Origin: Deinococcota bacterium
GTDB lineage: Bacteria; Deinococcota; Deinococci; Deinococcales; Thermaceae
Assembly (NCBI GenBank): GCA_041695225.1
Contig: JBGFRI010000014.1
Span: 154,186 to 218,185, forward strand
Length of the DNA stretch: 64,000 nt
Direction: 5' to 3'
In this document: positions 31,439 to 42,774 of the stretch, piece after piece
How positions within the stretch are numbered: position 1 is the stretch's first letter
How the letters are laid out: each line of letters starts with the position of its first letter
Notes under the pieces: generated by a model
Told to the model about the DNA's origin: nothing
The model's database searches: none
What the model saw: the letters and a program-made list of their open reading frames with translations, nothing else
Translations under genes and position numbers: made by a program

Positions 31439-31710
31439 AAGAAACTCCCTTGGGTTTGGTCGTCACAGGTGCGCGGGGCTCATGGAAAACTCACTCCCCC
31501 CTCGTCATTGCGAGGAGGCCAAAGGCCGACGAAGCAATCCAGAAGGAGCGCGAACGCACTTTGGCCACCGGGGTGATCTGGATTGCTTCCCCTTCGGCTA
31601 CGCCTCAGGGTCGCAATGACGAAAAAATCCATTCCATTGCGAGGAGGCCTACTAAGAAACTCCCTTGGGTTTCGTCGCCACGGGTGCGTGCAGCTCATGG
31701 AAAACTCACT
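31439..31710. repeat. family B palindrome flanked by 57-bp direct repeats
   Basis: 31439-31495 and 31654-31710 match at 51/57; GTCATTGCGAG..GAAGCAATCC..GGATTGCTTC..CGCAATGAC lies between. Confidence 0.85.
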
Positions 31711-31937
31711 TGTGACGAGGAACACCCTGTCCAGCGGAATAGGTCAGTCCCGCCCAGACTGCTGAGTTCGCTGCCAGCTGGTTTCGTCCGTGGGATTCGA
31801 GTCCAGACTCACCCGCTTTCACAAGTCCCCACAATCCGGATGATCCGGCCACACCTGGGGAGTAAATAACGTTGAATATTTCTTAATGCGGTGATAAAGC
31901 CGGCCGGGTATGGCTCTCTCGCCGGCGCGCTAACGCT

Positions 31938-32009
31938 CGCCACCCCCCTACAAGGGGGCCTCCCGAGCCAAAAAAAGCCCCCCTTAACAAGGGGGGGTTG
32001 GGGGGATTT
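31938..32009. repeat. family A repeat outside the array
   Basis: CCCCCCTACAAGGGGG..CCCCCCTTAACAAGGGGGGGTTGGGGGGATT. Confidence 0.75.
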
Positions 32010-32331
32010 AGCGGGTGGATACAGTGATGTGTGGAGAGTACGAAACCGGGGGAGAGCGTAACCTGAAACTCGTTATCTCCTCCAACTGAAGGAGCACAAA
32101 CTCCCGGCTGTAACGGCAATAACACCCGGAGGAGAAGGGAAGCTGGATGGACTTGGTGTCAGACCCCCTTTCACCTCTCTGGCAGCAGTCCGGATGGGTT
32201 GCCATTGTAGCTAACCCCCAGGACAGGGTGCTCTCAGACCAGCATGGCCAGCCAGAAGTGGTTGCAAATGGGCTTCCGGTGTATCATCCTGCTTGGAACG
32301 CAGGGTTTGTGCATCACGTTACGAGGACGCT

Positions 32332-33294
32332 ATGGAGCTAAATGTGGGTGTCGTGGGCGTAGGAGTTATGGGAACCTATCACGCTCAGGTGTATGCAGGA
32401 CTGCCGGGGGTTCATCTGGTGGGCGTAGCCGACCCCGACCCCTTTCGCCAGGCCGCCGTAGAGCAGGATCTGGAAGTTCCTGCTTTTAGCCATCCCGAAG
32501 AGCTGCTGGGAAGAGTCCAGGCGGTTTCCATAGCCTCTCCTACCTCGCATCACTTTGAACAGGCCAGCATGTTTTTGGAGGCCGGGGTGCATGTGTTACT
32601 GGAAAAACCCATGACCCGCACCCTGCAAGAAGCCCGTGAACTGGTTCGCCTGGCAGAAAAGCGCCGGGCGATACTTCAGGTCGGGCATATAGTGCGCTTC
32701 TATCGAGCGGTGGGCGACCTGATGAATATGGTTCACACCCCCTGGGTACTCGAGGCCCGTCGAATGGGAAACAACCGCCGTATACGGGACATTGGGGTGG
32801 TGCTGGACCTGATGATTCACGACCTGGATCTGGTTTTGCTGCTGCTGCGGGAGAAACCCTCGCGCTATAGCGTGGTAGGCCGTCAGGTGGAGGGGCTGGA
32901 CGAGTATGCCCAGGCCGTGGTGGACTTTCCCTCGGGGGCCAGGGCGCTCTTCACCGCCAGCCGGATCTCGCCCCAGACCGAGCGCTCGCTCACCATTACC
33001 CAGCCCGGAGAGGTCTTACGGCTGGACTTCAACAGCGAGTTCACCGAGCTTTCGCTACACCGCTCACCGCCAGTGCAGCCCGACCCCGACCGGGTCGAGC
33101 CAAACGGGCGCACCCAGGTGCAGACCGAGCGCATCGCCATCCACAACGATAATCCTTTGCGCCGCCAGCTTAAGCATTTTGTAGATCGAATCCAGAAGGG
33201 TGAGCCCTCGCTGGTTACGCTAGAGGACGACCTGCAGGCCCTCGAGCTGGCTTTGGAGCTCTCCCAGGCCCTGCGGCCAGTCATGACCCGGTAG
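32332..33294 (+). CDS. Gfo/Idh/MocA oxidoreductase (GnnA-like)
   Basis: GVGVMG Rossmann, EKP, QVGHIVRF, DLMIHDLD, TASRIS. Confidence 0.85.
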   Translation: MELNVGVVGVGVMGTYHAQVYAGLPGVHLVGVADPDPFRQAAVEQDLEVPAFSHPEELLGRVQAVSIASPTSHHFEQASMFLEAGVHVLLEKPMTRTLQEARELVRLAEKRRAILQVGHIVRFYRAVGDLMNMVHTPWVLEARRMGNNRRIRDIGVVLDLMIHDLDLVLLLLREKPSRYSVVGRQVEGLDEYAQAVVDFPSGARALFTASRISPQTERSLTITQPGEVLRLDFNSEFTELSLHRSPPVQPDPDRVEPNGRTQVQTERIAIHNDNPLRRQLKHFVDRIQKGEPSLVTLEDDLQALELALELSQALRPVMTR

Positions 33295-33379
33295 CCCAGA
33301 GGCGCAAAGGAAGCCATGAATCCAGGCTCTCGGACCAAAACCCCTCGCCCCCAGTCCCTGACCCATTAGACTTTAGACT

Positions 33380-33823
33380 GTGGATATTTACCAGATCCTC
33401 AAGATTCTGCCGCACCGGTACCCTTTTTTGTTGATCGATCGGGTGCTGCAGGCCGACGCCCAGCGCTTTCGCGCCCTTAAAAACGTATCTGTGAACGAAC
33501 CCCAGTTTCAGGGCCACTTTCCCGGCCATCCCATCATGCCGGGGGTTTTGCTCATAGAGGCCATGGCCCAGGGCGCCGTGGCGGTGGTGACCCAGCAGCC
33601 CGAGTTCAGGCCGGGGGGGCTGGTGTTTTTGGTGGGGGTAGATGAGGCCCGCTTTAAGAAGCCGGTGATTCCAGGTGATACGCTAATTCTGGAGGGGGAG
33701 CTGCTCAACTACCGGCGGGGTCTGGGCAAGGTGAGGGTCGAGGCCAGGGTAGAGGGCGAGCTGCGGGCCGAGGCCACCCTGACCTTTGTCCTGCGCTCAG
33801 ATACGGGGGGCGCTGTCTCGTGA
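33380..33823 (+). CDS. fabZ: 3-hydroxyacyl-ACP dehydratase
   Basis: LPHRYPFLLIDRV, FQGHFPGHPIMPGVLLIEAMAQ. Confidence 0.95.
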   Translation: MDIYQILKILPHRYPFLLIDRVLQADAQRFRALKNVSVNEPQFQGHFPGHPIMPGVLLIEAMAQGAVAVVTQQPEFRPGGLVFLVGVDEARFKKPVIPGDTLILEGELLNYRRGLGKVRVEARVEGELRAEATLTFVLRSDTGGAVS

Positions 33824-34605
33824 GCCGGGTTGCCATACATCCCACGGCAGTAGTCTCGCCCAAAGCCCTTCTGGCTTCCGACGTTAGGATCGGCCCCTAT
33901 GCCGTGATTGAAGGCCCATGCGAGATTGGGCCAGGGGTACAGATTGGGGCCCACGCGGTGATACATGCCTTTGTGCGGCTGGGCGCAGGGGTTAAGGTAG
34001 GGCCGCACGCCGTGCTGGGTGGTGAGCCCCAGGACCTGAGCTTCAAAGGGCAGGAGACCTGGCTCGAGGTCGGGGCCAACACCCTTTTGCGCGAAGGGGT
34101 TACCCTGCACCGGTCTACCAGGGAAGACCGCCCCACCCGGGTGGGCTTCGACTGCTATCTGATGGGCTACTCGCATGTAGGCCACGATGCCCAGGTGGGC
34201 AACGGGGTGATTCTGACCCAGAGCGTGGCGGTGGCGGGGCATGTGGAGATTGGGGACTATGTGGTGGCGGGGGGAATGGCCGGCATGCACCAGTTCGTGC
34301 GGATTGGGGCCCGGGCCATGATCGGGGGCCTGGCCAAGGTGACCCGCGATGTGCTCCCCTTTACCCTGGCCGATGGCCAGCCCGCGCTGCATTACCGCCT
34401 CAATACCGTGGGTCTGCGGCGAGCAGGCATAACTGATCAGCGCTACAAAGCCCTCGAGCAGGCTTTTCGCGCCGTACGCGAGGGCAGGTTGCTGGAGGGC
34501 CTGCCCGAGACCGAAGAAATACATACCCTGAAGGCTTTCCTGGCTGGGCCATCTAAGCGCAGTTTATCGGGCTTTGTGCGGGGCGAGGCAAGCTTCGACG
34601 GATAG
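33820..34605 (+). CDS. lpxA: acyl-ACP--UDP-N-acetylglucosamine O-acyltransferase
   Basis: Hexapeptide repeats, PQDLSFKG, REGVTLHR, SHVGHD, HQFVRIG. Confidence 0.92.
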   Translation: MSRVAIHPTAVVSPKALLASDVRIGPYAVIEGPCEIGPGVQIGAHAVIHAFVRLGAGVKVGPHAVLGGEPQDLSFKGQETWLEVGANTLLREGVTLHRSTREDRPTRVGFDCYLMGYSHVGHDAQVGNGVILTQSVAVAGHVEIGDYVVAGGMAGMHQFVRIGARAMIGGLAKVTRDVLPFTLADGQPALHYRLNTVGLRRAGITDQRYKALEQAFRAVREGRLLEGLPETEEIHTLKAFLAGPSKRSLSGFVRGEASFDG

Positions 34606-34666
34606 CGGGATGTCCACAGGCCCCCCGCCCTGAAACCAGCGGCTCTTTTCTTGTCTTACCATTACC

Positions 34667-35836
34667 ATGTTAGATGAAGTACTCCTCCTCACCAATGGCC
34701 CTGGCGAGCTTTCAACCTGGGTGCCTCCGGTCTTGTCCCGGCTGCGCCGGAGAACTCCGTCGGCCCGCATAGAGCTATTTGTAATCCGTGACCAGTTTGC
34801 CGCCGGTACCGAGCAGACCAGGGCCAGGGAGCTCCGGCTCGAGGCCATCTCGGGCCGGGCCGGTCTGGCCCAGAGGATGCTGGCGGGCAGAGCCAGGGGC
34901 CGGGGGGTGGTGCTGATGCTGGGCGGAGCACCCCGCGACGCAGTCTTGCTGGGCAGGGCTACCGGCTACCCGGCCTTCTCCTACACCTTTGAGCCAAAGG
35001 CCTACCACCCCGGCCTAAAGGCGGTACTGGTGGATTCGGAGCGTACCAGGGAGGGGTTGCTGGCCCGCAGGGCCGACCCGGCGCGAATTGTGGTGGTGGG
35101 AAATCTGGTGGTAGATGCCTTGAACGATGCGGTTCTGGCCCCGTCCCCCGAGGCGGATGTGCTGCTCTTGGCCGGAAGCCGGCCTTTTGCGGCGCGGCAC
35201 CTGCTGGGGTTCTTGCTGGCGGCGGCCGAGAAGATGGCAGCAGCCCGGCCCGATCTGCGCTTTGCCTGGGTTCGAAGCCGGTTGTTGCCCGACGCAGTGG
35301 TGGAAGAAGCCCTGGAGGGTGAGCTGGTTCGCGATATTGGCGGGGTGCGGGCCTGTTGGGAGGGGAAAAAGCTGCGCACGGCCGGTGGCCTCGAGGTAGC
35401 TGTGCTGGACGAGTCTCAGCGCTATTCGGCCATGCGCCAGGCCCGGCTGGCCATTACCATCCCGGGTACCAATACCCTCGAGCTAGCACTGGCAGGGCTG
35501 CCTTCGCTGGTGCTGCTACCCTTGCATAAGCCGGAATTGCTGCCCCTGGAGGGTATCTGGCACTGGTTGCTGCTGCTGCCAGGTGCCAGGGCCCTCAAGC
35601 AAAACTTTATACGCCGCCTGGAGGCGCGCATTCCTCATCTGGCCCTGCCCAACCAGTGGCTGGGGGAGCGGGTTTTCCCCGAGTTGCGGGGGGTCTTCAG
35701 TCCCGCCGAGGTTGCTGCAGCGGGCCTGAGTTTGCTCACCCCCGAGCAGACCCAGCAGGTCAAAAACAGACTCGAGGGACTGAAAGCCCAGCCAGGAGCC
35801 GATATGCTGTTGGAATATGTGCTGGCCAACTGCTGA
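34667..35836 (+). CDS. lipid-A-disaccharide synthase-like glycosyltransferase
   Basis: LTNGPGELSTW, VVGNL, LLAGSR, PGTNTLELA, ALPN..FPEL; follows lpxA. Confidence 0.7.
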   Translation: MLDEVLLLTNGPGELSTWVPPVLSRLRRRTPSARIELFVIRDQFAAGTEQTRARELRLEAISGRAGLAQRMLAGRARGRGVVLMLGGAPRDAVLLGRATGYPAFSYTFEPKAYHPGLKAVLVDSERTREGLLARRADPARIVVVGNLVVDALNDAVLAPSPEADVLLLAGSRPFAARHLLGFLLAAAEKMAAARPDLRFAWVRSRLLPDAVVEEALEGELVRDIGGVRACWEGKKLRTAGGLEVAVLDESQRYSAMRQARLAITIPGTNTLELALAGLPSLVLLPLHKPELLPLEGIWHWLLLLPGARALKQNFIRRLEARIPHLALPNQWLGERVFPELRGVFSPAEVAAAGLSLLTPEQTQQVKNRLEGLKAQPGADMLLEYVLANC

Positions 35837-35903
35837 GGCCTGGTTTTCGGTCATAAACAGCCCGTCCGCCCAACGGCCCGTACCCTTACCCTGACCCCTG
35901 GCT

Positions 35904-37577
35904 ATGAACCTCCTCCGCTTTTTGCGCCCTTTTCTGTACCAGATACTGCTGGCCACAGGGCTGGCAGTGTTGCCGGCGTTAGCACAGGCCTTGCTGCCCA
36001 GCCAGGTGGTCAAGCCGCTGTTCGATCAGGTTCTGGCGGGGCAGTTTGACCGCTTGGGAGAGGTTTTGTGGGTAGGGGTGGGTTTGCTGGCGTTGCTGGT
36101 GGTGAGCGGGTATGCGCTGGAAGCCTTTATTGGCTACCTTTCGGTCAAGATACCGGCAGTCTGGCGGGAGCGAGTGTTTGGGAGCCTGCTACAGACGGAC
36201 CTGATGGCCCTGCCGCCCTCCTCCGGTGGCCTGACCGGGCGGCTGGTGGCCGATCTGAAGGAGCTAGAGGGCTTTTTGTTCTTTAGCCTGGGGGCTCTGC
36301 TGGTACAGGGGGTTTTGCTGCTGGCCCTGCTCTCCCAGCTCTTGCTCCACTATACCGAGCTCACCTTGTATTTGCTGCTGATGTTTCCGGTAATGGCCTT
36401 GCTCCTGGGCTGGATTGGGGCCTGGGTAACCCATTACAGCCGACGCACTCAGGCGGCTCTGGAGCGGCTGGCAGGCCGCATGGCCGAGGGTTTCGCCCGC
36501 CTGGAGCTGATCCGTGCCCTTAATTTGCAGGACTTTGCCAGGGCACGTTTTCACCAGAGTAACCAGCAGCAGTACCGGCTGGGGCGCACCCGTGTTTTTA
36601 TTGCAGCCCTGAACCTGCCCTTAGGGCAGCTGGTCACCACCTCGCTGCTGGGCTTGCTGCTCTTTTTAGGGGTGGGAGCGGTGCAGCGTGGCGAGATGAC
36701 CACAGGTGACCTGACCGCCTTTTTGACCCTGCTGGCGCTGGCCGTTACACCCCTGCAAGCGCTAAGTCGTGTTGGCACCGGGTTTGCCCAGGCCGAAGGG
36801 GCAGCCGCCCGCCTGGTAGAGCTGCTCGAGCTTCCCCAGGCGCCCCAGATGGGCCAGCTTCAACTTCCCACCCTGCAAGGGGGCCTGGAGCTGCGCAATC
36901 TGGGGTTTGCCTATCCCGGCAGCGAGACTACCCTGCAAAACCTGAATCTTCGCCTCGAGCCTGGCTCCTTTACCGCAATCGTGGGGGCTTCGGGTTCGGG
37001 CAAAAGCACCCTGCTGCGCCTGCTACTGGGCCTCTACCGCCCCAGTACCGGTCAGGTACTGCTGGACGGGCACGGGCTGCAAAGCTACGATGCCCGCTGG
37101 CTGCGCGCCCGGATGGCCTGGGTTCCGCAGGAGCCGCTGCTGTTTGCTGGAACGGTGCAGGAAAACCTGGCCGCCCTTGCCCCCGAGGCCACCCCAGAAG
37201 CCATGCTGGAGGCCCTTAGCAAGGTGGGACTGCGACAGGAGATTGGCCTGCAAACCCTGCTGGAAGACGATGGGGGTGGGCTATCGGTGGGGCAGCGGCA
37301 GCGCCTGGCGATAGCGGCCGCCCTGCTACGCAATGCCAAAATTCTTTTGCTCGACGAGATCACCAGCGCCCTGGATCGGGGCAGCGAAGGACAGGTGGTA
37401 GCGGCCCTGGAAGCCATACGCCCGGGCCGCACGGTAATCGTGGTGGCCCACCGTCTTTCGACCGTGCGGCATGCCGACCAGATTGTGGTAATGGAAAATG
37501 GCCAGATTAAAGAGGTAGGAAGCCATGCCGAACTGATGGGCCTGGCCGGAGCCTACGCGGGTCTGTGGAAGAGTTGA
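35904..37577 (+). CDS. MsbA-like ABC exporter (TMD+NBD)
   Basis: TM domain, GASGSGKST, LSVGQRQR, LLLDEITSALD, VAHRLST. Confidence 0.85.
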   Translation: MNLLRFLRPFLYQILLATGLAVLPALAQALLPSQVVKPLFDQVLAGQFDRLGEVLWVGVGLLALLVVSGYALEAFIGYLSVKIPAVWRERVFGSLLQTDLMALPPSSGGLTGRLVADLKELEGFLFFSLGALLVQGVLLLALLSQLLLHYTELTLYLLLMFPVMALLLGWIGAWVTHYSRRTQAALERLAGRMAEGFARLELIRALNLQDFARARFHQSNQQQYRLGRTRVFIAALNLPLGQLVTTSLLGLLLFLGVGAVQRGEMTTGDLTAFLTLLALAVTPLQALSRVGTGFAQAEGAAARLVELLELPQAPQMGQLQLPTLQGGLELRNLGFAYPGSETTLQNLNLRLEPGSFTAIVGASGSGKSTLLRLLLGLYRPSTGQVLLDGHGLQSYDARWLRARMAWVPQEPLLFAGTVQENLAALAPEATPEAMLEALSKVGLRQEIGLQTLLEDDGGGLSVGQRQRLAIAAALLRNAKILLLDEITSALDRGSEGQVVAALEAIRPGRTVIVVAHRLSTVRHADQIVVMENGQIKEVGSHAELMGLAGAYAGLWKS

Positions 37578-37587
37578 AAGTAAGCCC

Positions 37588-37895
37588 ATAGCTGATAGTC
37601 GATAGTCGATAGTCCATAGTCGATAGCCAGATTACCCCACGGCCCTCGACCCTACCCCTAGACAATCTTTTCCTCGACCTTCGACCATGGCCGATAGCTA
37701 ATAGCCGATAGCATTTGACCTGAGACATGCGACCTGAGACATGCGACTAACTTCTGACCTTCGACCATGGCCGATAGCTAATAGCCGATAGCATTTGACC
37801 TGAGACATGCGACCTGAGACATGCGACTAACTTCTGACCTTCGACCTTCGACTTTCGACAATCTCTCCCTAGACCCTCGACTCTTGACCCTAGAC
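37588..37895. repeat. heptamer block with exact 80-bp tandem duplication
   Basis: 37676-37755 repeated at 37756-37835. Confidence 0.9.
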
Positions 37896-37917
37896 AGATC
37901 ACTGAAAAGGAGGCTTC

Positions 37918-38580
<663 letters not shown>

Positions 38581-38673
38581 CGCATAGCAAAATGATGCTA
38601 ATAGCTAATAGCTCATAGCAAAAGATTAACAGCCATCAGCTATCGCCTATCGACTTCTATGTAGACTTGGGTT

Positions 38674-39264
38674 ATGAGTTTTCCCAAGCGTCTGGTGGTG
38701 GGGCTTTCGGGGGCCTCCGGGATGCCCTATGCCCTCGACCTGTTACGTACCCTGCGCCGCATCCCCGACCTGGAAACCCATCTGGTGCTTACCCAGGGGG
38801 CCAAGCGGGTGCTGCTGGAGGAAGTTGAGATGAGCTTAGAGGAGGTGGAGGCTCTGGCCCAGGTGGTACACAGGAGCAGCGACCTGGGCGCGGCGGTGGC
38901 TTCGGGCAGTTTTCGCACCATGGGTATGGTGATTGTGCCGTGTAGCGCAACCACCCTTGCCAAGGTGGCCTACGGCCTGGCCGATAACCTGCTGACCCGT
39001 GCGGCCTATGTGACCCTCAAAGAAAGGCGGCCGCTGGTGCTGGTTCCGCGCGAAGCCCCTTTGCCCCTGCCGAGCCTCGAGGCCATGGTAAGGGCGGCCC
39101 AGGCCGGGGCTACCATTCTGCCCGCTGCGCCGGGCTTTTACCACAAGCCCCAGCAGATTGACGACCTGCTGGCCTTCATCACCCAGCGAATTCTGGACCT
39201 GTTTGGCCTGGACTACCCCCGGGCGCCGCGCTGGAAGGAAGCCGTAGAGCTAACCCTGGACTGA
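38674..39264 (+). CDS. ubiX: flavin prenyltransferase
   Basis: VGLSGASG, ASGSF, PCS, DNLLTRAA, LKERRPLVLVPRE, PGFYHKP. Confidence 0.93.
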   Translation: MSFPKRLVVGLSGASGMPYALDLLRTLRRIPDLETHLVLTQGAKRVLLEEVEMSLEEVEALAQVVHRSSDLGAAVASGSFRTMGMVIVPCSATTLAKVAYGLADNLLTRAAYVTLKERRPLVLVPREAPLPLPSLEAMVRAAQAGATILPAAPGFYHKPQQIDDLLAFITQRILDLFGLDYPRAPRWKEAVELTLD

Positions 39265-39344
39265 AGCCAGGTGAAGCTGATAGCCGATAGCTGATGGCTG
39301 ATAGCAACAACGGCTTTTAGCTATCCGCTATTAGCTATTAGCTA

Positions 39345-40499
39345 TTAGCCAACACTGGTCCCGGCCCCTTGCCAGCGTAGGCCCAACAACCCGGCCCAGC
39401 TAGCGGCCAGGTCGGCAAAGGTTGCGCGGGTTCCCAGGTCTTTGGCGGCCATCCCCGGCCCCGCTACCAGCAGCATCCCGTACTCGCGGGTGTGGTCGGT
39501 CCCGCGCCAGGTGGGGTCGTTGCCATGGTCGGAGACGATAAACAGATAGTCCTCGGGGCCCAGCGCGGCCAGGAACTGGGGCAGCCGAGAGTCGAATTCC
39601 AGCAGCGCCTGGGCATAGCCCTGGGGGTTGCGGCGGTGGCCAAACCTGGCATCGAAGTCCACCAGGTTGGTAAAGACCAGGCCGGAGAAACCCTCGCGCA
39701 TCAGTTCCAGGGTGCGCTGCATGCCCTGGTCGTTGTCACCCGCAGCTACCTCGCGGGTGAAACCCCGGTGTGCGTAGATGTCGGGGATTTTGCCCACTCC
39801 CACCACTTCCAGGCCTGCGGCCTTAATCTGGTCCAAAACGTTGGGCGGGGGTTCTAAGGCAAAGTCGTGGCGCAGGTCTTCGCGGCGGTAAAACTTACCT
39901 GGCTCACCTTCGAAGGGGCGGGCAATCACCCGGGCACAGGCCAGCGGCCCTACCAGCATCTCCCTTGCTACCCTGCACCAGTGGTAAAGGGTCTTTAGGG
40001 GAGTCTGGCCGATGTGCGCCGCTACCTGGAATACCGAGTCGGCCGAGGTATAGACGATGGGAAAGCCGGTGCGCAGGTGTTCGTGGCCATACTCGCGGAT
40101 GGCCTCGGTGCCCGAGTAAGGCCGGTTGAGCAGATAACCCTCCACGCCGATGCGCTTGCAGTAAGCGGCCAGAAAGTCCTGTGGATAACCCTGTGGAAAA
40201 ACCCGAAAAGCGTCCTTTAGCTGGATGCCCACAAACTCCCAGTGGCCGGTGGAGGTATCTTTGCCGGGGTTCTTCTCCAGCATTCGCCCAAATGCCCCCT
40301 GGGGGTGCTCTACCCTGGGAATGGTGTGTACCCCCACCACATGGCCCAGCCCCAGCGCGGCCAGGTTGGGCAGCCCGATTCCGGTCTTGAGTACGGTGTG
40401 GTCAAGGGTATCGGCCCCTTCATCGCCAAACTGACTGGCGTCGGGCAGATAGCCCAGACCCACCGAGTCGAGCACAATGGTGGTGATCTTCACGCTCAA
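39345..40499 (-). CDS. deoB: phosphopentomutase
   Basis: [49 protein letters not shown]. Confidence 0.96.
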   Translation of the reverse strand: MSVKITTIVLDSVGLGYLPDASQFGDEGADTLDHTVLKTGIGLPNLAALGLGHVVGVHTIPRVEHPQGAFGRMLEKNPGKDTSTGHWEFVGIQLKDAFRVFPQGYPQDFLAAYCKRIGVEGYLLNRPYSGTEAIREYGHEHLRTGFPIVYTSADSVFQVAAHIGQTPLKTLYHWCRVAREMLVGPLACARVIARPFEGEPGKFYRREDLRHDFALEPPPNVLDQIKAAGLEVVGVGKIPDIYAHRGFTREVAAGDNDQGMQRTLELMREGFSGLVFTNLVDFDARFGHRRNPQGYAQALLEFDSRLPQFLAALGPEDYLFIVSDHGNDPTWRGTDHTREYGMLLVAGPGMAAKDLGTRATFADLAASWAGLLGLRWQGAGTSVG

Positions 40500-40582
40500 A
40501 GCATACCGGGGTGGGCCTGGGGCGCGATAGACTGGGGCACGGACTGGATAATGGAGTTGATGGAGATGGAAGGGATTAATAC

Positions 40583-41743
40583 ATGCAGCTCGACGACCTG
40601 AAGCCCCATCTTCTGCGCGACCCCCACGGCTACAGCGCCAAATGGCACTTCTTCCCCGAGGACGTGCTGCCGATGTGGGTGGCCGATATGGACTTTCCCA
40701 TCTGCCCGGCCATACCCCAGGCCATCGCCCAGCGGCTCCAGGAGCGGGTGGGCTACCCCCAGATGCGCGGGGACAGGCAGCTTTTACATCTGATTATCCA
40801 GCAGCAGGGCGGGCATGGTCTCTTAGACCTGGCCCCGGAGAACCTGCTGCTCACTTCCTCGGTGGTTCCCGCGATTTATGCCTGCGTGCTGGCCCTTAGC
40901 AGCCCGGGCGACGAGGTGATTACCCAGGTTCCCATCTACCACCCATTCCTCCACGCGCTGAGCGACCATCACCGCATCGCCCGGCTTAACCCCCTTCTGC
41001 GTACAAAGGCCGGCTGGGAGATAGACTTCGACCAGCTCGAAAGCCTGGTTGCGCCCCGTACCCGCCTTTTGCTGCTCTGTAACCCACAAAACCCCACCGG
41101 GCGGGTTTTCCGGCGCAGCGAGCTGGAAAGGCTGGCCGAGTTTGCCCTGCGCCACCGCATGTGGGTGATGTCGGATGAACTCTGGTCCGGCCTGATTTAC
41201 GACGGGCAGCACATCCCCATGGCTTCGCTGAGCCCCCAGGTAGCTCAGCGCACCCTCACCCTTACCGGCCCCTGCAAGACCTACAACATAGCCGGGCTGG
41301 GGGGTGGTGTTGCCATCAGCCACAACAAGCAAATTCTGGCGGCACTGGCCGCAGTGCTAAAAGGTATTGGGGGCCACCCCAACGTGCTCACCATGGCGGC
41401 CTGGCGGGCTGCCCTAAAGCATGGTCAGGGCTGGCTAGACGAGGTGCGCCAGTACCTCCGGGGCAACCGCGATTTCATCACCGGTTTTATGCAACAACAC
41501 CTGCCCCAGGTTGGCTACCTGCCGCCAGAGGGCACCTATCTGGCCTGGCTCGATTTCTCGACGGCCCCTTTTGGCAAGCAAGCCCACCAGGTGATGCTAC
41601 AGCGGGCCAGGGTCGGCCTGAGCGACGGGAGAATCTTTGGACCCCAGTTCGAGGGCTGGCTGCGTCTGAACTTTGCTACCAGCCGGAGCCTGGTGCAGGA
41701 GGCGCTGGGACGCATGGCCAGGGTGGTCCAGACTGCCGACTGA
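40583..41743 (+). CDS. PatB/MalY family PLP-dependent C-S lyase
   Basis: [45 protein letters not shown]. Confidence 0.9.
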   Translation: MQLDDLKPHLLRDPHGYSAKWHFFPEDVLPMWVADMDFPICPAIPQAIAQRLQERVGYPQMRGDRQLLHLIIQQQGGHGLLDLAPENLLLTSSVVPAIYACVLALSSPGDEVITQVPIYHPFLHALSDHHRIARLNPLLRTKAGWEIDFDQLESLVAPRTRLLLLCNPQNPTGRVFRRSELERLAEFALRHRMWVMSDELWSGLIYDGQHIPMASLSPQVAQRTLTLTGPCKTYNIAGLGGGVAISHNKQILAALAAVLKGIGGHPNVLTMAAWRAALKHGQGWLDEVRQYLRGNRDFITGFMQQHLPQVGYLPPEGTYLAWLDFSTAPFGKQAHQVMLQRARVGLSDGRIFGPQFEGWLRLNFATSRSLVQEALGRMARVVQTAD

Positions 41744-41777
41744 GCAGGGGAAACTTCCCGACTCACCCATTCGTCTG

Positions 41778-42056
41778 ATGAAGGTAGAAGCGGCCCGCAA
41801 CGTCCAGGCCGAGATGGCCCGCAGCATCGGCAGCTTTGTGAGCAAGGGCAACACGAACATCTACGGCGACCCCACCACCTTAGCCCGAATGACCGAGCAG
41901 TACACCCAGGGGCTAGGGGTGGGTCAGTTGCTCGACGGCCTGAGCAGGGGCTCCGGCGGCAAGTCCGATGAACTGATCCAGCAGATCTTCGGCCTTTTGC
42001 AGCAGCTGGCCAGCAAAGACACCCCTGCAGACAAGAACACAGGCAAGGGGAGTTGA
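41778..42056 (+). pseudogene. possible C-terminal fragment of a flotillin/SPFH-like protein
   Basis: Coding-like codon usage; MARSIGSFVSKGNTNIYGDPTTLARM resembles a flotillin-type tail; no upstream body. Confidence 0.35.
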
Positions 42057-42081
42057 GCCGGGGAGCTACCCCTCAACTCCA

Positions 42082-42666
42082 CTACTTTTTCATGATCTCC
42101 CGCCCCACCCGCTCGTACTCCTGCCAGGCTCGAGCCGCCCTGGGGTCGGGTACGTTCTGCACCACCGTTCCGGCCAGCGCGGCTTTTTCGTGGGCTGCCA
42201 GGCGATGGATGACGTTTTTGAAGTGAGGAATTTTTTTAGCCCTCAGGTGGGCAAAAGTACGCATCCCATCCAGTGAGGGAAAAGGTGGAACCAGTGTGAC
42301 CAGTGCCTTAATCGGGAGGCCCTCGAGCTCCCGTACAAACTGCTCCAGACTGACCAGCGAAAGTACGCCTGGTGAGGTTGGCACCACCACCAGATCGGCC
42401 TTTTCGGCGTACTCGCGCAGAGTTTTGCCCCTGGGATGACCAGCGGTATCAATCACCACGTGCTGGTAACGCTTGGGTCTGGCATCGTCGGGGCCAGTCA
42501 CCTCGAAGGGTAGCCCCGCCCCCTGCCGGGCCCAGACCAGAGCGCCCTCTGCCGGGTCGGCATCCACCAGCAGGGTGGGGCCGCGAAGCTGCAAAAAAGC
42601 CGCCAGGTGAACCGCCGTGGTGGTCTTGCCCACCCCGCCTTTGAGTGATGTCACCAGAACCCGCAT
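42082..42666 (-). CDS. short ParA-family ATPase
   Basis: KGGVGKTT, LVDADP, VIDT. Confidence 0.88.
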   Translation of the reverse strand: MRVLVTSLKGGVGKTTTAVHLAAFLQLRGPTLLVDADPAEGALVWARQGAGLPFEVTGPDDARPKRYQHVVIDTAGHPRGKTLREYAEKADLVVVPTSPGVLSLVSLEQFVRELEGLPIKALVTLVPPFPSLDGMRTFAHLRAKKIPHFKNVIHRLAAHEKAALAGTVVQNVPDPRAARAWQEYERVGREIMKK

Positions 42667-42774
42667 GGTTAGCGCCAGTCTACCTGAAGTTTGGTTACTC
42701 CTGGCAAAAAAGGTAAACCCGGCGCGAGATAGATGGTACCGAGACTCAGGGCCATCCTCACCCCCGCGGTCTGG

